Source of the DNA: the human T2T-CHM13v2.0 reference genome, Homo sapiens
NCBI RefSeq assembly: GCF_009914755.1
Contig: NC_060933.1
Length of the DNA: 64,000 nt
Strand: one strand, 5' to 3'
A model generated the notes under the pieces. That model was not told the DNA's origin. It did no database searches and saw only the letters and a list, made by a program, of their open reading frames with translations. This document shows positions 55,445 to 64,000 of this stretch, piece after piece. Both the position numbers and the translations under genes were made by a program. How positions within the stretch are numbered: position 1 is the stretch's first letter; each line of letters starts with the position of its first letter.

Positions 55445-56509
55445 TTATATATATAAATATATATAAATATAAATATATAAATATTTATATAAATATAAAT
55501 AAATAAATATATATATAAAAATATAAATATATATAAAGATTTCAAAGCCCAGGGAAATATATAAGCATATATGCTACTTCAGTTGCCTCAGGTTATTTAC
55601 TGATTTATTTTACAATAATAAAACATTTCACATGCACTGCCTGTTTAAAGGGGGACAATATGTGGTCCAAGGATTTTCTTTATATTTATTAGGAGGCTAA
55701 AATTTTATTTGCCCTGATAAACAGAAAATCAAATATCCCAGATCTTCAATTCAGTACTTAAAAGAGTAAGTCCCTCCAGAAGGACTATGAGACAGCTGGA
55801 TTTCTCCAGTGGGGAAGCTTTATGTATATGTAACCCAGGCATAACTTGGCATTTCAGTAAGCTTGGCTGAAGACTCCAATTTGAAAATGTTCTACAGCCA
55901 CAACCAGTAACATACTCTCTAAAATAAAAAAGGAAACAAATTACCTACCTCTTGACTCCTTTACCACTTAGAAAATAACTTGTCTACCAAGGAGGGGAAA
56001 AAGAAGTCTTGAAATAAGATTTAGAAGCCTGAAGAGTATAGACCCTTCATCTACAAGGATTTTTGTTTTCAGACCACTTTTAAGTTGGTTGCTTGGTTTG
56101 CATTATCAAAGCAGAACACCTTACAGTCAAGAAACAAAAGCTAGGTTCTGCTTTCCCCCCAATTTTTTCCTTTACAGCAGGTTTTCTTTCTTGTGTCATA
56201 AGGAGTTTGTTTACACAGGAATTCAAATTACTATTAAAGGAGGTAATCAGCACAGTGACAAATAAAAGTTAAAAAGATGTTTGTCTTCTATGATAAAGCT
56301 CAAATAATCCCAGACTTCAAACAATCAAGGTAACATACATATTTCTGTTTTTATTATATTAAAAAGTAGAAAAAAATGATGTCCCCCAGAATAGTTTAAT
56401 GGATTTTCTAAAAAGTTCTTTCTTCAGAGTGAAGCAAATTCAGCTCAAATTGTTTTTCAAACTGGGGTAGGTGGACGAAATGCTGGAGCCGAAGCAAAAT
56501 GAAAATACC

Positions 56510-56720
56510 GTAAAGATAGTTCTTAAGTGCAGACTGCCTGGGTCCAAATCTGAGCCTTGCCATCTACTAGCTATATAACTTAGACCAAGTCGCTTAACTT
56601 CTTCCAGCTCAGTTTTCTCCTTTGTGAAATAGACTAATAAAAACACCCATCTCATACAGTTTAGTGGGGCTTAGAGAATGTGTATGTAGCCCATCAGAGA
56701 ATGGGCTCTTATTATTTCTC
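56510..56720 (+). mobile_element. MIR
   Basis: CAGACTGCCTGGGTCCAAATCTGAGCCTTGCCATCTACTAGCT...CAAGTCGCTTAACTTC...CTCAGTTTTCTC. Confidence 0.8.
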
Positions 56721-56859
56721 TTATTATTTTTATTATGAAATGTCTCTGATACCTACCAATACCTAGGCCCATGGTCTCTCTGGTATGTACCATGCATTTT
56801 TGTGCTCCTAGATGGATAAACAAGGAGTGGGAATTCCTGACATGTTAACTGACTTATTG

Positions 56860-57570
56860 AGTCAGTTATTCACCCATAGTTAATGCATGGCTGCTACGAG
56901 CCTGGTACTGTGCTGGGACTCAAAACCACAATGAGATACCATCTTGCACCAGTCAGAATGGCTTTTGTTAAAAAGTTAAAAAAATAACAGACGTTGGCAA
57001 ACTTGGAGAGAAAAGGAAACACTTGTATGCTGTTGGTGGGGATACAAATTAGTTCAGCCCCTGTGGAAAGCAGTTTAAAGATTTCTCAAAGAACTAAAAA
57101 TAGAACTACCATTCAACCCAGCAGTCCCATTACTGGATATATACCCAAAGGAAAATACATTGTTCTACTGAAAAGGAAATAAGATCCATGTCCTCATGAA
57201 GCCTACGGGGAAGATAGTAAATAAACACATAACAAAACAAGTAATTTCACTGATCCTAAAAGCTTTGAGGAAAATAAAACAGAAAAGTGATTGGAGCAGT
57301 CTATTATAGATTAGCTGGTCAGAAAAGGTCTCTTTGAAGAAATGTTATCCAAGCCAATGCCTAAATTAGGAGACAATGCCATTATAAATACCTGGGGAAG
57401 AGGAAGAGGGAACATCAAAAACAAAGCCTTTGAGATGAGGAGGTGTTTGGAGAAATAGAGTGATAGAAAGCAAGGGTGGTTGAGACAGAGTGAGCAAGGA
57501 GGAGATTGGTTAGCAAAGTCAGAAAGCCAGATCACAGTCTAAAAAAAAATTTTGAAAGGTTTTATTCTAT
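56860..57570 (-). mobile_element. L2 3' fragment interrupted by a short L1 piece
   Basis: GCCTGGTACTGTGCTGGG ... GTCCTCATGAAGCCTAC...GGTCAGAAAAGGTCTCTTTGAAGA are antisense L2 motifs. Confidence 0.6.
56921..57175 (+). mobile_element. Internal L1 ORF2 3' fragment (L1PB/L1MA-like) lacking 3'UTR and poly(A)
   Basis: CAAAACCACAATGAGATACCATCTTGCACCAGTCAGAATGGC...ATATACCCAAAGGAAAATACATTGTTCTAC. Confidence 0.85.
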
Positions 57571-58254
57571 TGTGGAACTCATAAAACTATATTGTAGGCT
57601 TTCACATATACAAATGCAATGGAGCTTCTCTGGAAAAGCTGAATGCTTCTCGTTGTTTTCTGAGCAGCAGAAGTAGTTTTACATTGTTCTTCCATTCTGT
57701 CTACACATTTTGGATGCAGTCAGCCAAATAGAGAGGCTAATAAATAAAATGCTTAATTTGCTCAATAAATAAAGTGAAACTTCAAGAACATTCCACCTAT
57801 GATCTTGGCCGTATCAGAACTAGGCCTCAGCCTGATGTTTTCAACCTATGCCTAGTTTTGATAAATACTCAGAACATCTCCTATTGAAAATCCTAATATG
57901 CCATTGGGTGAGGGGACTGGAAGTTGGTGTGATTCTTTTTTTTTCTTACCCTTGTTAAGGAAAAAAAAAATAAAAGAATCTCCATAATTCTACCAGCCAA
58001 GAGGATTTGGTTTAGTTGTTTTTCTCCATAGTCTGTAATGTAGAAAAGGGTTTATACAATTTCCAAATATTACACTGTGTTATAATTTTTTCATACCATA
58101 TCCAACTTCTGCCAATCTGAGCATCATGATCTAACCCTGGGAACTAACTGACTGAGGATCATTTAAATACTGCACTGGGTTTGAAGGACACTATCAATGT
58201 AGTATTTAAACCTGCAGTACTAAACCTGGGATAGAGACATTATTCTCTCTATCC

Positions 58255-58367
58255 CAGTAATTCCTGCATTACTATGCAGGAATGCAGTAATTCCTGCATT
58301 ACTATGCAGGAATGCAGTAATTCCTGCATTACTATGCAGGAATGCAGTAATTCCTGCATTACTATGC
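58255..58367. repeat. Perfect 30-bp tandem repeat (3.8 copies) with an internal 10-bp hairpin
   Basis: Unit CAGTAATTCCTGCATTACTATGCAGGAATG; stem ATTCCTGCAT / ATGCAGGAAT, loop TACT. Confidence 0.97.
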
Positions 58368-59249
58368 TACCAGAATCAGTCCTATGGAAATAGAACTTTG
58401 CAGAAAGATCAAAGGGGGTTACAGTCTGTAGTTAGGTGTCAGGAGACCCCCACTGTAGACTCAGCTCTTTCTCTGCCCTGTTAAATAACCCGAGCATGTC
58501 ATTTGGTCTCTTAGCCCTGCCCCCTACATAACTGTTCACCTGCAGAATGTGAAAACTTTATCAGCTCATCAATAAGGTTTTGTTAAGGAGCAAGCATCTA
58601 TTGACCAAACTGGCTTATAACCCAAAAGATGCAGGGTCAGTTCTTGGCAAAACTATGAGGAAGGAAAAAAAATTGGCACTGTTTCCTGACTTCCGTATTT
58701 CTAAATCACCATTTTGAAGGCAAAAAGCTCAAAATTTGGTACTTCTGATATTATTCAGTGAACGGAAAAATATTCTAGAGGGTAGTGAGCTTCCCATGTG
58801 CTTAAGCACATATGGTGCAGGTGATAACGTACTCCATCTCTGTAAAGAAGCTTGTCTGGAAGCTTTTGTGCTTTGAAAGAACTCCGTATTTATGTGTGTG
58901 TCAAAGTTAAAAATGCTCCCTACTTTTAAGTTATGTTTTACAAAATTAAATTTCGTTTCCTTCCTTTCCACTTCACATTTCCACCCCTTTCCCTCATTTA
59001 TCTGTTCTTACCTTAGCAGAGAGCTAATAACTATTGTGACCAAGGATCAATTCACTGAGTACCCAGACATATTGGTAGATGAACAGAATGTACTGTTTGA
59101 GGTGAAAGCTGAGGCTAAGGATGTAGGAAGACTGTGTTGAGACCCAGATCAACTAGTCTGTATTTCAGTCCATAGAATAAAAATGGATTTGGCAGAAACA
59201 TATTCTGTGTGCCACAAGTAAACCATTTTCTCTTCTGCCAGTCCATACA

Positions 59250-61438
59250 GTCTGGAGGAGGTGTCTGCTTCCTCAAATGCACAGACATGTAAAATGCAAG
59301 GCTACAAGGATCATGAACAATCAGGAAAATATGACACCACCAAAGAGTACACAATGAATGTCCAGTAGCTGATCTCAAAGAAATGGAGACCTACAAATTA
59401 CATGACAAAGAATTAAAAAATAATTGTTTTAAAGAAGCCTAATGAGCTATAAGAGAAAACAGATAAAGAATCTAACAAAAATCAGGAAAACAAGAACAAA
59501 AGAAGTTTAAAGAAGAGAAAACATTAAAAAAATAAATTCTGGAGCTAGAAAATGCAATGGCTGAATTAAAATATGCTATAGAGAACTTTAACAGCAGACA
59601 ATCAAGCCAAAGAATTGGTGAACTCAAATACAGCTCATTTGAAATTATCCATTTGAAGGTTAGAAAAGAAAAGGAGTGAAGAAAGCCTATAGGATTTATG
59701 AAACACCATCAAGTGAATGCATATATGTATTATAAAAGAAGGGGAAAAGTTATTTTCCCCTTTCTTTGAGTTATTTAAAGAAATAACTCAAAACTTCACA
59801 AATCTGGGGAGAGAGACAACTATCCAGGCTCAAAAAACCCACAGGACCCCCATGTAGGTTAAACATAAAGAGCCCTACATCAAGACACAGTATAATTCAA
59901 TTGTCAAAAATCAAAGACAAAAAATTTTGAAAGTAGCAAGAGAAAAGCTAATAGTCACATACATAGGAACACACATAAGACTCTTGGCAGATTTCTCAAC
60001 AGGGACCTTGCAGACTAGGAGAGAGTGGGATTATATATTCAAAGTACTGGAAACAAAAATACTGTATCTTTATAAAGGTATTCTTTTAAAATGATAGTCT
60101 TTTTTGCTTGACAAACATACAAAATATTTTGTAAGATATAGTATATTTTGCCAAACAAAAGTACTATATCTTTGTAAAGATATTCTTTTAAAATGAAGGA
60201 GAGATAGTCTTTCCCAAACAAACAACAGCTGGGGAAGTTTGTCAACATTGGACTTGCCTTACAATAAATGCTTAAGGAAATTCTTCAAATGGAATTGAAA
60301 CACTAAATAGCAATGTAAAAGCATTTGAAAGTATACTGTCACAAGCAGAGGCAAATATATAGCCAAATACAGAACAATGTAGCACTGTAATCGTGGTGCA
60401 CAAATAACCCATAACCTTAATATGAAAATTAAAAAATGAAAGTATTAAGAATAGCTAAAACCACAAAAATTTGGTAACAGATTTATAATAGAGAAAAAAG
60501 TAAAATCTGACTTCAAGAACAAGAACGGGGGAGGAGAAAGTTAAATTCAGTTTTTATATGCAATTGAACTTAAGTTGTTAACAAGTTAAAATAGTTGGTT
60601 ATAACTACAAGAAGATTTATACAAGCCTCATGTTAACTACATATTGAAAACCTATAGCAAGTACACAAAAGATAGGGAGAAATGAGTCAAACCAAACCAC
60701 TACAAAAAATAATCAAAGAACAAAAGAGAAAACAAAAGGGGAAGAGAGGAATAAAAGAACTGCAACACAGTGAAAAAACTGCGAACAAAATAACAATAGT
60801 AAGTCCTTACCTGTCAATAATCACTTTAATGTAAATGGGCTAAGTCCTCAATCAAAAGACATATAGTGGCTGAATGGATTAAGAAAAGGAAATCAACAAG
60901 ATGCATTCATATTCTGTCATAGAGACTCACTTTAGCTGTAAGGACACAAATAGACTGAAAGTGAAGGGATGGGAAAAGATATTCCATGCAAATGGTAATC
61001 AAACCTGCAAATAATAACCAAGGAGAGCAGGGGTAGCTATAATTATATCACACAAAATAGACTTTAAGTAAAAAACTGTGACAGGAGACAAAGGAGGTCA
61101 TTATATAACAATAAAAGGTTCAATTCAACATAAAGATAGAACAATCACAAATTTATATGTACCCAACATCAGAACACCTGATATAAAATAAATATTGACA
61201 GGTCTGAAGAAAGAAATTGACAATGAAACAATAAGAGTAGGAGACATCAATACCCCACTTTCAATAATGGACAGAGCATCCAGGCAGAAAATCAGTAAGG
61301 AAACAGCTGACTTGAACAACACTACAGACCAAATGGACCTAACTGATATATATACAGAACTTTCCACCCAATTGTAGCAGAATACACATTTTTTTCAAGT
61401 GCACAGGAAACATTCTCCAGTATAGATCACATGTTAGG
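59250..61438 (+). mobile_element. Old L1M: ORF1 region, inter-ORF spacer and ORF2 endonuclease start
   Basis: GCAGATTTCTCAAC...GAGAGTGGGATTATATATTCAAAGT ORF1 motifs; EN peptide GLKKEIDNETIRVGDINTPLSIMDRASRQKISKET. Confidence 0.85.
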
Positions 61439-61490
61439 TATCCACTGGATGTCTTGAAACATATTCCTCATGAATAAGGGGGACTACTGT
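61439..61490. mobile_element. Tigger (Tigger4/MER46-like) terminal fragment
   Basis: TCCACTGGATGTCTTGAAACATATTCCTCATGAATAAGGGGGACTACTG resembles a Tigger TIR end. Confidence 0.6.
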
Positions 61491-62040
61491 GCCATATGGT
61501 TTCAGCAATCCTACTTTTAGGTATATATCCGAAGTAATTGAAAGCAGCATCATGAGATCTATGCTCCCATGTTCTGCACTTTTATGTACATTGCAGCATT
61601 AGTCACAATAGCCAAGATACAGAAACAACCTAAGTGTCTGTCAACAGATGAATGGATGAAGAAAATGTGGCATAGACATAACGAATGAATAGAATACAAC
61701 AGAATGTTATTCAGCCTTAGAAGGGAATCCTGCCATTTGCAGTAACATGGATGGAGCTAGAGGAAATGCTAAGCAAAATAAGCAAGGCAGAAAAAGAAAT
61801 ACTGCATGATCTCACTTTTTGTGGAATCTAAAATAGTCAAGTGCATAGATGCAGAGAGTAGGATGGTGGTTGCCAGAGGCTGGGGAGAGGGGATGATGTC
61901 AGTTTAAGGGTACAAAAATGGTAACTATGTAGAAGTGATAGGTATGTTAATTAGCTCAAATGTGATCACTTCACAATGTATATCAAAATATCAAGTTGTA
62001 TATTTTAATTATATATACTTTTTATACACCAAAAATAGTT
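61491..62040 (+). mobile_element. L1MA/L1MB 3' end
   Basis: CAGCAATCCTACTTTTAGGTATATATCC...ACAATAGCCAAGATACAGAAACAACCTAAGTGTC...ATATCAAGTTGTATATTTTAA. Confidence 0.8.
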
Positions 62041-62544
62041 ACAAAGTAAAGAATTTGAAAACACACACACATACAGAAAGCAAAAAAGCAAAAATTAAAC
62101 AATAAAATAAAGAATAGGGCTGTCGGTCCAACCAGTCCTTCTTTGTGGGAGGACCACGAGCTACTGAAAGGAAGACTAATTTAATAGAAAATTGTCCCTT
62201 TGACACGTGCTGAAGACAGTAACCACCTGTCAGCCTGTGGTGTGCAGAAAGGGTGACCGTCTGTGCAGCAAAGGATCCAGGAGGGCTGTTAGGCTTCTAC
62301 AGACCTGTATGCTGCTGCCTCTGGTTACTTCATTTTCTTTGCATGATGGTGAAATGACATCTCTGTAAATTTATTAAAAAGGTAACACTCAGGAAAAGAG
62401 CAAGACTATCAGTCTTCTTTTAAACATTTTCTAATTTATTATCACAAATTTAACTTTTCAGAAAATCTCATACACTTTAATTTATTGAAGGGTAGAGTGG
62501 CGTCATGGAGAGAAACTTAGACCTTCAAATGGCTCTTCCATTGT

Positions 62545-62885
62545 GGTGGATCTATAACTGTTAGCCTAATCTGTTTCCGTCCAAGGTTGAAGATTCTGTC
62601 TCCCCACAACATTCATGTTGGTCTTGCTTTGGCTAATGCAATATGAGTGGAATGACACATGCCATTTCTGGGCAGAAGTTTTAAAAGCAATTTGTGATTC
62701 ACCCATTCTTTTTTCCCTCAGGTATAACTCTAGGCAGTGGTCCAGCATGGGGGTCTTATCCACCTGAGTCATAGAGTAGAGGTGATGATGATGAGAAAAC
62801 ACACTTTATAATAAGCCTCTGAGATTTTGGAGAGAGTTTGTTATCGTGGCATGACAGCATTTTGATGGCTACAGAAACACTAGCT
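62545..62885 (+). mobile_element. MaLR LTR (MLT1-like)
   Basis: CTTGCTTTGGCTAATGCAATATGAGTGGAATGACACATGCCATTTCTGGGCAGAAG...AAGCCTCTGAGATTTTGG. Confidence 0.7.
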
Positions 62886-62934
62886 TTGCCATAGCTGAGA
62901 GACAGGGCAAGTCTTCTAATACTTACAATCATAA

Positions 62935-63185
62935 TAATTGTAATAATAGCATTAATCAGCCCTTTCTTTGTGGCAGGCATTGTATTCAGTGCTTTATATA
63001 CATGACCTCCTTTCTTCCTCATCACCATTTAATGGAATATTAATATCTATTCTATAAATGAGAAAACTGAGGCAGGGAGTTTAAGCAACCTGCTGAGTGT
63101 CACATGGCTATAGGGTGACGGAGCTAGAATTTGATCTTGGTCATGAGTGAGTCCAGAATCCAGGCTCTTGGGCAGTGTGCTGTGT
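62935..63185 (-). mobile_element. MIR
   Basis: ATGAGAAAACTGAGGCAGGGAGTTTAAGCAACCTGCTGAGTGTCACATGGCTA core. Confidence 0.8.
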
Positions 63186-64000
63186 TGTATTTCCTTATCA
63201 TCGCTCTGATTCTTAAACTTCTCATCTATAAAATGAGGCTAGAAATACCACCTCCACATCACTTTTTCTCCTCTTGATGCTGTTTTGAGGGAAGACCTAG
63301 ATGGAGAAAAGGCTTTCTGTTTTTTTCACTGCCTCCCAGAATAATGGAGGCAGAATCTAAAAGCAGATCCCAGAAGGCAGGTGTCTGTGGGACACTTAAA
63401 CCAATAGCGGGTTATCCTTGTTTGACCTTTTTTGAACATACATCAAAGCAAGCAATCAGTAGGATCTGATGGAACACCTGGCAGGATGCGATCAGCCCCA
63501 ATGACTCCAGAATGGCTGCTGTAAGCTGAAAGGCCAGGACAGAAGCTGTCCTCATGGCTCATTTATGACAAGTCCTTGAGGAAGGTGGCATGGTCTCAGT
63601 GTGGCTGGGGATGCCTGTGCCCAGAGAGACCCAAGAAACTTGTCTCCCATTATGGTCTGAATGAAAGCAGGAGGCATATGCGGAAGGCACTCCAGAAAAT
63701 CCAGCAAGCAGCCTGGTCCTGTTGGTTCATGAAACAGTAAGTGGACTGGAGACCATCATAACAAACCACAAACAGCCACAGAAATAATTTGGCACAGATT
63801 TTACTTAGATTGTTTAGATATCAGTTATTCTTTCCAAAACACTGGGAAATACACCACACTTGGAATTTTCACATCCCTAGGGAGAGAATTGAGAGGTCAC
63901 TATTTTTTCCCTTAGCAACTGTTTGTTTCTTCTAGTCTAACAGCATTTCTTCTCACAAAATTAGCCATTCCCCTGGTTCCCTAGTATAAAATTACCGTGG

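Noticed and set aside
58255-58367. CRISPR-like array (30-bp palindromic repeats)
   Set aside because: Units are contiguous with no unique spacers, there are no cas genes, and the context is human DNA.

Overview
This is human genomic DNA, judged from a near-consensus AluYa5 plus primate L1PA, HERV-H and MER11/MER41 elements. It is AT-rich and has no recognisable host protein-coding exon, RNA gene or CpG island. Every ORF in the track that I can assign is a decayed L1, HERV-H or Alu frame; the rest look spurious. Bases 1-39 kb are almost entirely nested retroelements. They include a full-length L1PB (14-bp TSD) containing a full-length L1PA4-like element that carries a ~0.6 kb 3' transduction, a two-LTR HERV-H provirus (His PBS, deleted RT core, most of env kept) and a cluster of solo LTRs with nested Alu/L1 insertions. 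Bases 39-64 kb are more unique, with old MIR/L2/MLT relics, three Alus and an old L1M. I found no convincing new biological system. The most notable observations are mechanistic: the 3' transduction, a ~172-bp locally templated insertion with a target-site-like duplication, a hairpin cluster with a perfect 30-bp palindromic tandem repeat, the HERV-H structure, a MER41 copy whose STAT-type motifs appear rewired, a 36-bp twin-priming inversion and a closely spaced inverted Alu pair. Subfamily names come from remembered consensus sequences, not from a database search.
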